This document shows, piece after piece, positions 48,573 through 59,119 of a DNA stretch of 64,000 bases (the first letter of the stretch is position 1; every line of letters begins with the position of its first letter). The notes beneath the pieces were generated by a model that saw nothing but the letters and a program-made list of their open reading frames with translations, ran no database searches and was not told the DNA's origin. Made by a program: the position numbers and the translations under genes. Location: NCBI GenBank assembly GCA_028289585.1, contig JANQPI010000042.1:87337-151336 (forward strand), given 5' to 3'. The DNA comes from Candidatus Zixiibacteriota bacterium. GTDB taxonomy: Bacteria > Zixibacteria > MSB-5A5 > GN15 > FEB-12.

Positions 48573-50066
48573 TTACTGGTTGTCGATCTGGGCGCGCTGC
48601 ATCGTGCCCGAGAAATCGACATACACCGATTTCCACTCTGAATATACATCAAGCGCGGCCGCCGAGGCCTCGCGATGTCCGTTTCCTGTATCTTTCACAC
48701 CACCAAACGGCAGATGCGTCTCTGCCCCGATCGTCGGCGCGTTGACATAGAAGATGCCAGTCTGCACATCTCGCATCGCCGCGTACGCTTTGTTGAGATC
48801 ACGTGTGTAGATCGATGCCGAGAGTCCGTACGGTGTGTCGTTAGCCAGAAAGATCGCTTCGTCGAACTCCTTGAAGGTTGCAACCGACAGAACCGGCCCG
48901 AAGATTTCCTCTTTCCAGACGGTGTGATCCCGGTTGATGCCGGAAAGGATCGTCGGCCGCAGGAAGAAGCCCTTGTCGTACGCACCGCCGGTCAGGCGCT
49001 CACCACCACAGACGACTGTCGCCCCCTCGTTCCGTGCGATGTCGACATAGCGCATGACCGTATCGAGCTGTCCCTGATTCACCGATGGGCCCATCTGGAT
49101 GGATTCATCGAGTCCGTTCCCGACCCGAATGGCATTCGCCCGCTTGGCGAGCTCGGCAACGACCTTATCGTGAATCGATTCGTGAATGAGGAGTCGCGAC
49201 GTTGCCGTGCAGCGTTGTCCGGTTGTCCCGAAAGCACCCCAGAGGACCCCCTCGAGAGCAAGTTCAAGGTCGGCGTCGTCCATAATGATCTGGACGTTTT
49301 TACCACCCATCTCCAGGCACGAGTGCTTGAATTTCGGTGCACACTTCTTGGAGACCTCGCGACCGACCTCGGTCGACCCCGTAAAGGAAACGATCTTGAC
49401 CCGGTCATCGTCGATGAGCGGATCACCCAACGCTCCTCCGGACCCGGTGACCATATTGATCACGCCCTTGGGTACCCCGGCTTCTATGAGTGTGTTAAAG
49501 AAGTTCACCACGGAAAGCGGCGTATCGGTCGCCGGCTTGATTACCACGGTGTTCCCGCAGATCAGAGCGGGCATCATTTTCCACGACGGAATCGCCATCG
49601 GGAAATTCCACGGGGTGATCATCGAGCAGACACCGACCGGCTGACGAATCGTCATGTTGAATTTGTTGGCCAATTCCGATGGCGTGGTCTGACCAAACAG
49701 ACGTCGGCCTTCGCCTGCCATGTAATAGGTCATATCGATCGCTTCCTGCGTATCGCCTCGGGTCTCCGCGATGATCTTCCCCATCTCTCGGGTCATGTCG
49801 CGCGAGTATTCTTCTTTCCGTGCCAGCAGCATCTCGGCCGCGCGATAGAGGATCTCCCCGCGTTTGGGAGCCGGGACAAGACGCCAGGATTGAAACGCCT
49901 CGGCGGCGGCATCGATAGCATCCTTAACATCGGCCGCATTCGATTTCTGAAAGATGCCGACGACCTCATCGGTGTTGGCCGGATTGCGGTTTTCGAACGT
50001 TTCTCCGGAGCTGGAAACGACCCATTCCCCGTCGATGAAGTTTTTGTACGTTGTTGCGGCAGCCAT
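48573..50066 (-). CDS. NAD(P)-dependent aldehyde dehydrogenase
   Basis: [33 protein letters not shown]; start MAAATTYKN after SD GAAGGG. Confidence 0.92.
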   Translation of the reverse strand: MAAATTYKNFIDGEWVVSSSGETFENRNPANTDEVVGIFQKSNAADVKDAIDAAAEAFQSWRLVPAPKRGEILYRAAEMLLARKEEYSRDMTREMGKIIAETRGDTQEAIDMTYYMAGEGRRLFGQTTPSELANKFNMTIRQPVGVCSMITPWNFPMAIPSWKMMPALICGNTVVIKPATDTPLSVVNFFNTLIEAGVPKGVINMVTGSGGALGDPLIDDDRVKIVSFTGSTEVGREVSKKCAPKFKHSCLEMGGKNVQIIMDDADLELALEGVLWGAFGTTGQRCTATSRLLIHESIHDKVVAELAKRANAIRVGNGLDESIQMGPSVNQGQLDTVMRYVDIARNEGATVVCGGERLTGGAYDKGFFLRPTILSGINRDHTVWKEEIFGPVLSVATFKEFDEAIFLANDTPYGLSASIYTRDLNKAYAAMRDVQTGIFYVNAPTIGAETHLPFGGVKDTGNGHREASAAALDVYSEWKSVYVDFSGTMQRAQIDNQ

Positions 50067-50116
50067 GCTTATCCCTTCGCGCGCAGCGCCCGAGACGGAC
50101 CTCACGCGGCACTTGA

Positions 50117-50134
50117 TTGTGACCTTTTTCACAC
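50117..50134. promoter_or_regulatory. TGTGA-N6-TCACA palindrome (Rex- or CRP-type operator)
   Basis: TTGTGACCTTTTTCACAC between the predicted promoter and the ALDH start. Confidence 0.6.
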
Positions 50135-50153
50135 CCCGTCGGCAGAAGCCTTG

Positions 50154-50183
50154 AATATATCGAGGCGATCGAGACAAAGTCAA
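50154..50183 (-). promoter_or_regulatory. Putative sigma70 promoter of the ALDH-to-mdh operon
   Basis: TTGACT-18 nt-TATATT, same architecture as 6153-6182. Confidence 0.6.
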
Positions 50184-50296
50184 CCGGCATCGCGGCTCAG
50201 CCGGGGAACCTCGGCGCTCGCTCCGCATTACTTTTGGATAGAAAACTATCCTCAAACGTGTATATTTCGGGTCTTCTGGAGAGTTACGATTCTACC

Positions 50297-50914
50297 ATGT
50301 TGTCGGCTGTTCTCACATCGCTTCTGCTCCTTCCGATCGCACCGCTGAATCCGATCGAACAGGATACCCTTGCGACCGACAATCTGCAGTTTGCCATTGG
50401 CCTGTCGACGCCGAACGGGATTCTTGATGCCGGTCCCTCGGCCGCCCTCTTCTACGAGTACCGCCCACTCCACCCGTGGATTGTGCGAGCCGGCGTGGAG
50501 TATCGCTATGGTGAAGTGAGCGGCGCTCTGAATCCCAACGGTGAACTCAACTCATACACCTTTTCGTTGGAAGGCTTCTACTACCGCGGCTCCGGAAACT
50601 GGATCGGCTATATTGGTGGTGGCGGTCTCCTCGCTCTCAATTCCTATAATCTGGGCTCGGTCGATGCTGACTCGCTGTTCGCAATTGAGGGTGTCACCGA
50701 CGTTGAGATGTCGCAGTCGTTCGGCTACCGCATCCTGCTCGGCCTTCGCTACAAAACCGACTACGCTATCGAGATCCGGGTGTCGGAAGTACGCCCGGAC
50801 TTCATCTTTGAGACAGCGACGGGGCCAAATAGTACCCGCTTTGAGACTCGACAAACTAAGACGAGTACGATTTCACTTTCGTTCGGGTACATTCTGCCCC
50901 TGAACACGCTCTAG
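50297..50914 (+). CDS. Outer-membrane beta-barrel protein
   Basis: Signal-like N-terminus, YIGGGG, amphipathic strands, C-terminal LSFGY. Confidence 0.7.
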   Translation: MLSAVLTSLLLLPIAPLNPIEQDTLATDNLQFAIGLSTPNGILDAGPSAALFYEYRPLHPWIVRAGVEYRYGEVSGALNPNGELNSYTFSLEGFYYRGSGNWIGYIGGGGLLALNSYNLGSVDADSLFAIEGVTDVEMSQSFGYRILLGLRYKTDYAIEIRVSEVRPDFIFETATGPNSTRFETRQTKTSTISLSFGYILPLNTL

Positions 50915-52041
50915 CGCTGCTCTCCCGAGCGATACGTGGACAGAAATTCAGTAGCAAATCGGGTGAACTCGTGCGCCGTAATCGCGCCACGAATCTGCCG
51001 CATCAGATCCTGATAGAACCAGACATTGTGATAGGTCGCGAGCACGATTCCCGTGATCTCGTTCTGCTTGTAGAGGTGTCGAAGATAGGCGCGGCTGTGG
51101 AGCTGACAGACCCGGCAATCGCAGTCGGGGTCGAGTGGGCGGTCATCATCAGCGTATTCTGCATTGCGGTAGACGAGAGGTCCAGTCGACGTAAACACTA
51201 AACCGGTTCGCGCGGACCGAGTCGGTAGCACACAGTCGAACATGTCGATACCGTAGCCGACCGCCATCACAAGGTTATCCGGATAGCCGACCCCCATGAG
51301 ATAGCGCGGGCGGTCTTCAGGCAGGAGAGGCGTCGTCACGGCCAGCATCTCCTCCATGACTTCCACCGGCTCACCGACCGATAGTCCACCAATGGCAAAA
51401 CCTGGCAGATCGTAATCAGTAACTTCGGCTGCCGAGCGTTCCCGCAGGTCGGCCAGTATCGATCCCTGAACAATGCCAAAAAGTGCCGGCCCAGTGTCCG
51501 CGTCCGTAAGCTGGCGAGCATGTTCGGCAACGCATCGCGACAGCCAGTGGCTGGTGCGATTGACAGCGATCTCAGCATTCACTCGTTCGCAGGGGTACGG
51601 AGAGCATTCGTCGAATGCCATAATGATAGATGGTGACAATGCGTGTTGAATCTCGATCACTCGTTCCGGAGTGAAACGGTGGGTTGAGCCATCAAGATGC
51701 GACTGAAACGTCACACCGTCGTCGTCAATCTGCGCGATGTCACGAAGTGAGAAGACCTGATACCCTCCCGAGTCGGTGAGCATCGGTCGCTTCCACCCGG
51801 TGTACGCCGGCAGCCCACCGTGTCGCGAGATCAGCTCGTGCCCGGGTCGCAGGTAAAGATGATACGTGTTGCCGAGGATGCAATCACTACCCGTGACGAT
51901 CAGATCATCGACCGAAAGACCCTTAACCGACCCGTGGGTACCGACCGGCATAAACGCTGGAGTCGCGACTCGTCCGTGCCGGGTTGTCATCTCCCCCGCT
52001 CGGGCAGCGCCGTCGATCGCGTGAATGTCCAGGCGCAGCAT
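50911..52041 (-). CDS. tgt: Queuine tRNA-ribosyltransferase
   Basis: TPAFMPVGT, GNTYHL, TDSGGYQVFSL, GGLSVGE, CDCRVC. Confidence 0.96.
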   Translation of the reverse strand: MLRLDIHAIDGAARAGEMTTRHGRVATPAFMPVGTHGSVKGLSVDDLIVTGSDCILGNTYHLYLRPGHELISRHGGLPAYTGWKRPMLTDSGGYQVFSLRDIAQIDDDGVTFQSHLDGSTHRFTPERVIEIQHALSPSIIMAFDECSPYPCERVNAEIAVNRTSHWLSRCVAEHARQLTDADTGPALFGIVQGSILADLRERSAAEVTDYDLPGFAIGGLSVGEPVEVMEEMLAVTTPLLPEDRPRYLMGVGYPDNLVMAVGYGIDMFDCVLPTRSARTGLVFTSTGPLVYRNAEYADDDRPLDPDCDCRVCQLHSRAYLRHLYKQNEITGIVLATYHNVWFYQDLMRQIRGAITAHEFTRFATEFLSTYRSGEQR

Positions 52042-52044
52042 GGA

Positions 52045-53409
52045 TTAGTCGAGAGCGATCTCGATGGCCTCGGCCAACGACCCAACCGCGTGCACACTGA
52101 TCCCCGGAGGCACCGAACCAGTTGAATTGGAGATAATCGCTCGGGAGAAACCGAGCCGACCCGCTTCGGCCAGGCGAAGGTCGAGTTGGGTCACCGGACG
52201 AAGTTCCCCGGCGAGAGTTACCTCGCCAATCAGGACAGTACGAGCGTCGATTGGCCGATTGGTAAGTGACGACACGATGGCCACCATCGTTGGGAGATCA
52301 AACGCTGGCTCGGTAACCCGCAGACCACCAGCGATCGAAACAAAGACATCGTGCGTTCCCATCGGGTATCCACCGCGCTTCTCAAGAATGGCCAGGATTA
52401 AGGCAAGCTTCCGATTATCGAGCCCGCCGGCCACTCGTTGCGGGTTACCATAGTTCGCTGGTGTAACGAGGGCCTGAACTTCGACCAACAACGGTCGGCT
52501 CCCCTCGCAGAGACAACAGACAGCTGCCCCGGTGCGTGACGACTCCGTCTCGGACAGAAAGAGGGCCGACGGGTTATCCACCGCGAGCAGTCCCTGGCCG
52601 GTCATCTCAAAGAGACCGATTTCACTGATCGACCCGAAGCGATTCTTGCTGGCCCGCAGGATGCGGTAACGAAGTGATTGATCTCCCTCAAACGTCAGCA
52701 CCGTGTCAACCAGGTGTTCAAGCACCTTAGGACCGGCGACCATACCATCTTTCGTCACATGGCCAACCAGCACGAGAGCAGCCCCACTCATCTTGGCAAG
52801 GGCCGCCAGTTGATGGGCCGCTTCGCGCACCTGCCCCACCGTTCCCGGGGGAGAATCGAACTGAGCGGCGGCGACGGTCTGGATCGAGTCGACAAGGATG
52901 AGATTGTAGCTCTTACGGGCAAACGCACCGGTGATTTCGTTCAGATCAGTTGTGCCAAGAACATCGATTGCCCGATCACCGACCGCGAGTCGTTCGGCTC
53001 GCAGGCGCAACTGCGCGGGCGATTCCTCCCCGGAGACATACAGCACGGCAAGGGCTTTCTCCGCAAAGGCAGCGGCAGCTTGGAGCAACAGAGTTGACTT
53101 ACCGATCCCCGGATCGCCTGCCAGGAGGACCGTCATACCGGGTACCAACTGCCCCCCGAGGACCCGATCGAATTCATCGATACCGGATTGATATCCAGCG
53201 GTTGATGCCGTCGCGACATCGCCGAGACGTTGAACCTCAGCTGCCGAGGCACCTGCTGTTGCGCTGGCCGAGCGGGTCGGCAAGCGTTCTTCGACGAGAG
53301 AGTTCCATTCACCGCACCCCTTGCACTGTCCCTGCCACTTCGAATGGGCGGTTCCACAGGCGGTGCAGACAAAGGCTGTCTTGGTGCGAGATTTTGACTT
53401 CAGGCTCAT
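52045..53409 (-). CDS. radA: DNA repair protein RadA
   Basis: C4 zinc finger, GDPGIGKS, KNRFG. Confidence 0.96.
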   Translation of the reverse strand: MSLKSKSRTKTAFVCTACGTAHSKWQGQCKGCGEWNSLVEERLPTRSASATAGASAAEVQRLGDVATASTAGYQSGIDEFDRVLGGQLVPGMTVLLAGDPGIGKSTLLLQAAAAFAEKALAVLYVSGEESPAQLRLRAERLAVGDRAIDVLGTTDLNEITGAFARKSYNLILVDSIQTVAAAQFDSPPGTVGQVREAAHQLAALAKMSGAALVLVGHVTKDGMVAGPKVLEHLVDTVLTFEGDQSLRYRILRASKNRFGSISEIGLFEMTGQGLLAVDNPSALFLSETESSRTGAAVCCLCEGSRPLLVEVQALVTPANYGNPQRVAGGLDNRKLALILAILEKRGGYPMGTHDVFVSIAGGLRVTEPAFDLPTMVAIVSSLTNRPIDARTVLIGEVTLAGELRPVTQLDLRLAEAGRLGFSRAIISNSTGSVPPGISVHAVGSLAEAIEIALD

Positions 53410-53436
53410 GACCTCTCACCCGGGCGGCAAATCACC

Positions 53437-54909
53437 CTAGAAGGGAGAATCGGGAGGTGTTTCACCTCCGTTCGTTGGAGGAGCCGACGATGTCGACTGG
53501 CCGACCCAGTCGGCTCCCGGGGGAAGTTCATGGCGCACCGGGTCGAGGTTTTCGAACCGGGTGTAGTCGCGGACGAACGCCAGGTGTGCCGTATCGGTTG
53601 GGCCGTTTCGCTGTTTGGCAACGATGACTTCCGCCTTCCCCTGTGCCTCACGATATTTGGGATCGTCTTTGTCCAGGTGCGAAAGGTAGTACTCCTCGCG
53701 GTACACGAACATCACAACATCGGCATCCTGTTCGATCGCACCCGACTCACGAAGGTCCGACAGCTGCGGGCGCTTCGATGCGCCACGCTGTTCAACCAGT
53801 CGCGATAGCTGAGAAATCGCAATGACCGGAACGTCGAGGTCCTTGGCCAGCGCCTTCATTGAGCGCGAGATCATCGCAATCTCCTGCTGACGGTTCTCGG
53901 CACGTCCGGTTGCATGCATCAACTGGATATAGTCGACAATGAACAGGCCGATGTCGTAGCGCGATTTCAGGCGGCGAGCCTTCGCGCGCATCTCAAGTGG
54001 GGACAAGGCCGACGAGTCATCGACAAAGATCGGAGCCTGGGCCAGGATACCGCCCTTAACCGCCAGCTGGTTCCGTTCGGCCTGCGTCAGTTTATTCGAC
54101 CGCACGCGCTTCTGATTGACACGCGCCCGCCCGCACAACATGCGCATCACCAGTTGCTCTTTCGACATCTCCAGCGAAAAGATGCCCACGCCTTTTTTGA
54201 GATCGACCGCCACGTGTTCGGCGAAGTTCATGGCCAGGGCTGTCTTCCCCATCGAGGGACGTCCCGCGACAATAATCAGATCGCCATTATGCATCCCATC
54301 TGTTATCTGATCGAGCTGTGTATACCCTGTCGGGATCGCCTGCTCCTCGACGATGCTGTCGGGGTCGGCGGCAATTCGGTCGAAGATACCTCGAAACGGT
54401 TCCTCAATCGAAACGAATCCAACCTTCTGACGACGCTGTGATATCTGGAAGATCGATGCTTCCGCTTGATCAAGCAACTCGTCGGCGGGACGGTCGAGGC
54501 GATAACAGCTTTCTTGTATCTCGCTGCTGGTCGCAATCAACTGCCGCAACACCGATCGCTCCAGCACGATCGCCGCATGCCGATCGACATTAGCGGTAGA
54601 GATGATCGATTCGACGAGCGTCACGAGATACGAGCGGCCACCGATCGATTCCAGACGGCCCATTTTGCGCAGTTCGTCGGCGACCGTCGTAATGTCGCAT
54701 GGTTCGGAGGCATGATACAGCGACAGAACAGCTTCGAAGATATGCTTGTGCTTGGGGGCGTAGAAGTGATCGGGAGAATCGAGGACCTCAAGGACCTCGT
54801 TGACCGCGTCTGCCTTCTTGAGAATTGAGCCGAGGACCTGAACCTCGGTCTCCATCGACTGCGGCGGCTGAAGATGCTGAGTTGATCCGTTGTCGGAGCG
54901 GGATGTCAT
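53437..54909 (-). CDS. dnaB: Replicative DNA helicase
   Basis: GRPSMGKT, SLEM, DYIQL, SQLSR, SDLRESGAIEQDAD, KQRNGP. Confidence 0.96.
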   Translation of the reverse strand: MTSRSDNGSTQHLQPPQSMETEVQVLGSILKKADAVNEVLEVLDSPDHFYAPKHKHIFEAVLSLYHASEPCDITTVADELRKMGRLESIGGRSYLVTLVESIISTANVDRHAAIVLERSVLRQLIATSSEIQESCYRLDRPADELLDQAEASIFQISQRRQKVGFVSIEEPFRGIFDRIAADPDSIVEEQAIPTGYTQLDQITDGMHNGDLIIVAGRPSMGKTALAMNFAEHVAVDLKKGVGIFSLEMSKEQLVMRMLCGRARVNQKRVRSNKLTQAERNQLAVKGGILAQAPIFVDDSSALSPLEMRAKARRLKSRYDIGLFIVDYIQLMHATGRAENRQQEIAMISRSMKALAKDLDVPVIAISQLSRLVEQRGASKRPQLSDLRESGAIEQDADVVMFVYREEYYLSHLDKDDPKYREAQGKAEVIVAKQRNGPTDTAHLAFVRDYTRFENLDPVRHELPPGADWVGQSTSSAPPTNGGETPPDSPF

Positions 54910-54917
54910 GGCGGAAG

Positions 54918-55661
54918 CTAACGCGAAACGCCGAGTCGCGCCATGACGAGTTGCATGTCTTTCCAGGTTTCTTTCTTGTATTCTGGAAAGCGAAGCAGAG
55001 CGGCTGGGTGGTAGGTTACGAGCAGCGGGATGCCCTCGTACTCATGCCAGCGACCCCGAAGCTTTCCCAGCGGCGTCTTCGTCTGGAGTAATGCCTGCCC
55101 CGCGATCCGGCCGAGACCCACCAACAACTCAGGTTTGATCAGACGAATCTGCTCACGCAGGTACGGGAAGCACTCGTTCATCTCCTCCGGTAACGGGTCA
55201 CGATTTCCCGGAGGACGGCACTTGAGAATGTTGGCGATATAAACCTGAGTGCGATCAAGCTGCATTGCCGCCAAGATCTTATCCAAGAGTTGGCCGGCGC
55301 GGCCAACGAACGGTTCGCCGAGTCGATCTTCGTCCGCTCCCGGGGCCTCGCCGATGAACATCGCCCGCGCTGTGGGTTTACCCACACCATAGACGAACTT
55401 CGTTCGTGTCTTGCCGAGCGGACACTTAAGGCAGTTGCAGATCGCCTCGTTGTGCTCGGTAAGGGAGGCAAAGTCTGCTTCGACCGGAATCGCCATTCCG
55501 ACCTGACTCGCGGGGACGAGCGAAGGGGACTCAACCGCTGTGGTCGGCTTGTCATCGGACAAGAGTTGCTGATCGAGAACGATCGTTCGGTCACCGGCGG
55601 CAACGCGCTGATCAAGCGCGCGTCGTAAACGCGCGAGTGGCGTCAGTTCCTGATCGCTCAC
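54918..55661 (-). CDS. Uracil-DNA glycosylase family 4
   Basis: Cxx[27 protein letters not shown]; GTG start overlaps the coaBC stop (GTGA). Confidence 0.92.
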   Translation of the reverse strand: MSDQELTPLARLRRALDQRVAAGDRTIVLDQQLLSDDKPTTAVESPSLVPASQVGMAIPVEADFASLTEHNEAICNCLKCPLGKTRTKFVYGVGKPTARAMFIGEAPGADEDRLGEPFVGRAGQLLDKILAAMQLDRTQVYIANILKCRPPGNRDPLPEEMNECFPYLREQIRLIKPELLVGLGRIAGQALLQTKTPLGKLRGRWHEYEGIPLLVTYHPAALLRFPEYKKETWKDMQLVMARLGVSR

Positions 55662-56905
55662 GGACGCGACGGTTCGTTGATTGCTGCGGTGCTGAGTAGC
55701 GTGGCCACCCGCTTGATAAGACGCTTCGCAACCTCGCGCTTGGAGAGCATTGGCCAAGCTTCTTCTTGGTCGCTCCGGTCAATGAGCGTCACTTTATTGG
55801 TAGCGAAGTCGAAACCAGCCCCCTCATCAACCAGTGAATTGAGGACGATCATGTCGAGATCTTTGCTGGCTCGCTTGGCGCGTGCGTTAGCAACTCCCTC
55901 ATCGGTTTCCAGCGCGAAGCCGACAATCACCTGAGCACGCGTTCGGGTCTCGGCGACTGACCGCAGGATATCCGGCGCGGCACTTAACGGCAGTGTCTCG
56001 GGACGCTCGCTCTTCTTCATCTTTGTATCGACGGCATGGGCGGGCGTGAAGTCCGCGGGAGCCGCAGCCATGAGGAGAACGTCTGCATCCGAAAGCTGTC
56101 GCATGACGGCATCTCGCATCTCGGATGTCGTTTCGACATTCTCCATCGCTACCCCCGGGGGAGACGCCAGGGCGGTCGGACCACTAATCAAGGTCACGCG
56201 AGCTCCGGCGTCGCGAGCAGCCTCTGCTAATGCGTAGCCCATTTTGCCTGAGCTACGGTTCGAAATGAAACGCACCGGATCAACCGGCTCCCGCGTGGGT
56301 CCAGCGGTCACAATGAGATGCCGACCCGCCAACAGGTCGGACTGGGCGTGGGTCTGCTGCAAGATATCGGCGAGCCGATCGAACATCGCCTCGGGCTCGG
56401 CCATGCGACCAATACCATACGAATCGCACGCCATCTCCCCTGCGTCGGGATCAATCAGGAGCCAGCCGAGCTCATCAACGAGATAGCGGAGATTGCGCTG
56501 AGTAACGGGGTGTCGCCACATTTCGGGATTCATCGCCGGAGCAAGAACGATCGGCTTGCTCGTTGCACAGATGACCGTCGTCACGAAGTCATCACACAAA
56601 CCAGCTGCAGCCTTCGCCATCAGATTCGCGGTGGTCGGTGCGATCACGATCAGATCCGGCCACTCGGCGGTGTCAATATGTCGGGTGCCCACATACTCAC
56701 CCGGCTTGGGCCACATGTCGGTGATGACCGGCTGCTGCGCGACTGATTCTAATGTCAGCGGGGCGACAAAGCGGGTCGCCGACTCCGTCATCATGACGCG
56801 AACATCGGCCCCGGCTTTCTTAAGCAGACGAACGAGGTGAGGTGTCTTGTAACAAGCAATGCCGCCGGTCAGACCGACGAGAATGTTGCGGCCCGCGAGC
56901 GTCAT
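55658..56905 (-). CDS. coaBC: Phosphopantothenoylcysteine decarboxylase/ligase CoaBC
   Basis: TGGIACYK, APAMN, TAGPTRE, NRSSGKMG, GFALET. Confidence 0.95.
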   Translation of the reverse strand: MTLAGRNILVGLTGGIACYKTPHLVRLLKKAGADVRVMMTESATRFVAPLTLESVAQQPVITDMWPKPGEYVGTRHIDTAEWPDLIVIAPTTANLMAKAAAGLCDDFVTTVICATSKPIVLAPAMNPEMWRHPVTQRNLRYLVDELGWLLIDPDAGEMACDSYGIGRMAEPEAMFDRLADILQQTHAQSDLLAGRHLIVTAGPTREPVDPVRFISNRSSGKMGYALAEAARDAGARVTLISGPTALASPPGVAMENVETTSEMRDAVMRQLSDADVLLMAAAPADFTPAHAVDTKMKKSERPETLPLSAAPDILRSVAETRTRAQVIVGFALETDEGVANARAKRASKDLDMIVLNSLVDEGAGFDFATNKVTLIDRSDQEEAWPMLSKREVAKRLIKRVATLLSTAAINEPSRP

Positions 56906-56917
56906 TGTGACGGGCAG

Positions 56918-57391
56918 CTAATTGATCCGCGAGGGCGGATCGAGGCGCAGGGGAATGTCGTTTTCGGATGGCTCGGGAACGAGTTCACCGGACATGATGC
57001 CGGTAACCAGCCACTTCACCTGATCAACCGTAACCGGTTGCTGACCATAGACAAACGCCTGGTCAACTATCGCTTCCAGCTGTTGGATATCGATGATCCC
57101 GAGATTGGCGAGCTTGAGCAGGAACGAGCGAGCGTCGACGTCTAACAGCGCCCGTTCTTCCTCGGTGAAGACACGTTGAACGACCTGCATCCGAGGTGCC
57201 TGCGTATAGAGCGTACCCCGGTGGTGACGCAGTCGATCGGCCAGCCAGTGGTGAGCAATGGCGATGTCGTCGGGGCTGAAACCGAACTCTTCAAGATCGG
57301 GCATAACCTCGGTGAGTGAATCGAGCGAAAGTTTGTCGTCGCGCAGAGAGTCCATGAGATAGAAGACGATTTCAAGAATACGGTGGTCCAC
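56918..57391 (-). CDS. DUF494/Smg-family protein
   Basis: GTG after SD AAGGAG; RILEIVFYL, GFSPDDI..A..WL, RVFTEEE, FLLKL. Confidence 0.75.
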   Translation of the reverse strand: MDHRILEIVFYLMDSLRDDKLSLDSLTEVMPDLEEFGFSPDDIAIAHHWLADRLRHHRGTLYTQAPRMQVVQRVFTEEERALLDVDARSFLLKLANLGIIDIQQLEAIVDQAFVYGQQPVTVDQVKWLVTGIMSGELVPEPSENDIPLRLDPPSRIN

Positions 57392-57525
57392 GGGGTCTCC
57401 TTGGGGTCTCATTGCCCTCGAAGATATCGGCGAATACGATTCGTTGCAATAAAGAACCCGGAGAGGCCAAGATTTGGTTTCAACGAGTGCCAACAATCGC
57501 CGCCGAAGACATTCAAGGCATTATC

Positions 57526-57538
57526 TATCAATGACTTA
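57526..57538. promoter_or_regulatory. IHF-consensus site
   Basis: TATCAATGACTTA fits WATCAA-N4-TTR, in an AT-rich intergenic segment. Confidence 0.4.
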
Positions 57539-57541
57539 CGA

Positions 57542-59119
57542 CTAGTGACGGAAGTGTCGGATCCCTACCATGATCATGGCAACATTGGCGTCATCGGCGA
57601 CCTGAATAATCTCGGTATCTTGCTTGGCTCCACCCGGCTGGATAATCGCCACAACCCCGGCATCAAGTCCCGCCTGGAGACCGTCCGGCATTGGGAAGAA
57701 CGCATCGGATGCCATTACGCCACCGCGGGCTCGCTCGCCGGCGCGCTTGACTGCGAGCTGTGCGGCATCGACACGAGACGTTTGCCCCATTCCGATTCCC
57801 ACAGTTGCCCCGTTCCGTGCAATGACAATCGCATTTGACTTGGTGTGCTTGACGATCTTCCACGCGAACAACAGATCGCGCCACTCGATCTCCGACGGCT
57901 GACGTTTACTTGCTAGCTTCGCCTCATTGCGACTGGCAACATGCTGATCATCGGTTTGAACCAGGAAACCACCCCGCACCTGGGTGAAACGCAGACGGTG
58001 TGCTTGGTGATAATCCGAAATTCCGGGAAGCGCGAGAAGACGGCGATTCTTCTTCTTGCGCAGAAGCTTGAGCGCCTCGTCGTCGAAACTGGGAGCGAGG
58101 ATACATTCCACAAACGGCGTTTCGTGTAGTCGTTCCGCGGCGTCTCTGTCGACAGTCCGATTGAGGCCAATGATCGATCCATAGGCCGAGAGCGGATCGG
58201 AGTCGTACGCCTTCTGGTACGCCTCAGCTATCGTCGTTCCGACGGCAGCACCACACGGATTGGTGTGCTTGACGACTACGGCGAACGGTTCGTCGAAATC
58301 GAGGACCATTTCGAGCACGGCCGCCAGATCGTTGTAATTGTTATACGAAAGCTCCTTGCCCGAGAGGACTTCCGCCTCGACGAGCGAGGGACCGGGGTCG
58401 GACGCGTACCGATACAGCGAAGCCATCTGGTGGGGGTTCTCGCCATACCGCAGAAGTCGCTCGCGCCCTAACGCCAGCATCATCGACGCCGGCATGTAGT
58501 CGGCAGCGTCTTCTTTGCCGTCGGTAGCGGCAAACCAACCGGCGATCGCCTGGTCGTAAGCAGCAGTTCGGGTAAACGCGCGAGCGGCAAGTTCACGACG
58601 AAGGGACAAACTTGTTTCACCATCGTGAGCACGTAGCTCTTCGATCAGTGCCGGATAGTCATGGGGGTCGACCACACAGGTAACGTCGTGAAAGTTCTTT
58701 GCGGCGGAACGGATTGTTGCCGGACCACCGATATCTATCTGCTCCAGCGCTTCGGGCTCAGTGATTCCGGGCTGGGCGATCGTCTGTTCGAACTGATACA
58801 GATTGACAACAACCAGATCGATCGGTTTCCCGTCGAGCGCTTTCAACTGCTCGACATCGGTCGGATTGTCGCGCCGAAAGAGAATCCCCCCATGAACTTT
58901 GGGGTGGAGCGTTTTCACCCGTCCACCCATAACCTCGGGAGAACCAGTGAACGACGAAACACCAATGGCGTGGACGCCGGCATCGCGCAGCGCCTTGAGC
59001 GTACCTCCAGTTGAAATGATTTCAACTTTGAGTTCGTCGAGTACACGACCGAGTTCGACGAGGCCGGTCTTATCGGCAACCGAGAGTAACGCCCGCTTGA
59101 TGGGCACCAATTGACTCAC
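57542..59119 (-). CDS. purH: Bifunctional AICAR formyltransferase / IMP cyclohydrolase
   Basis: STGGT, RVKTLHP, IDIGGP, RYGENPHQ, KHTNPCG, SDAFFP. Confidence 0.96.
   Translation of the reverse strand: MSQLVPIKRALLSVADKTGLVELGRVLDELKVEIISTGGTLKALRDAGVHAIGVSSFTGSPEVMGGRVKTLHPKVHGGILFRRDNPTDVEQLKALDGKPIDLVVVNLYQFEQTIAQPGITEPEALEQIDIGGPATIRSAAKNFHDVTCVVDPHDYPALIEELRAHDGETSLSLRRELAARAFTRTAAYDQAIAGWFAATDGKEDAADYMPASMMLALGRERLLRYGENPHQMASLYRYASDPGPSLVEAEVLSGKELSYNNYNDLAAVLEMVLDFDEPFAVVVKHTNPCGAAVGTTIAEAYQKAYDSDPLSAYGSIIGLNRTVDRDAAERLHETPFVECILAPSFDDEALKLLRKKKNRRLLALPGISDYHQAHRLRFTQVRGGFLVQTDDQHVASRNEAKLASKRQPSEIEWRDLLFAWKIVKHTKSNAIVIARNGATVGIGMGQTSRVDAAQLAVKRAGERARGGVMASDAFFPMPDGLQAGLDAGVVAIIQPGGAKQDTEIIQVADDANVAMIMVGIRHFRH

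Noticed and set aside
47538-48641. 367-aa plus-strand ORF (similarly 16075-16974, 18997-19719, 24332-25045, 2828-3472 and minus-strand 12992-13848)
   Set aside because: All lie antisense to well-supported genes and have no recognisable motifs.
48675-50348. 557-aa plus-strand ORF
   Set aside because: Antisense shadow of the ALDH gene; no motifs; expected from codon bias in GC-rich DNA.
53437-54909. Intein in dnaB
   Set aside because: Normal length and uninterrupted motifs.
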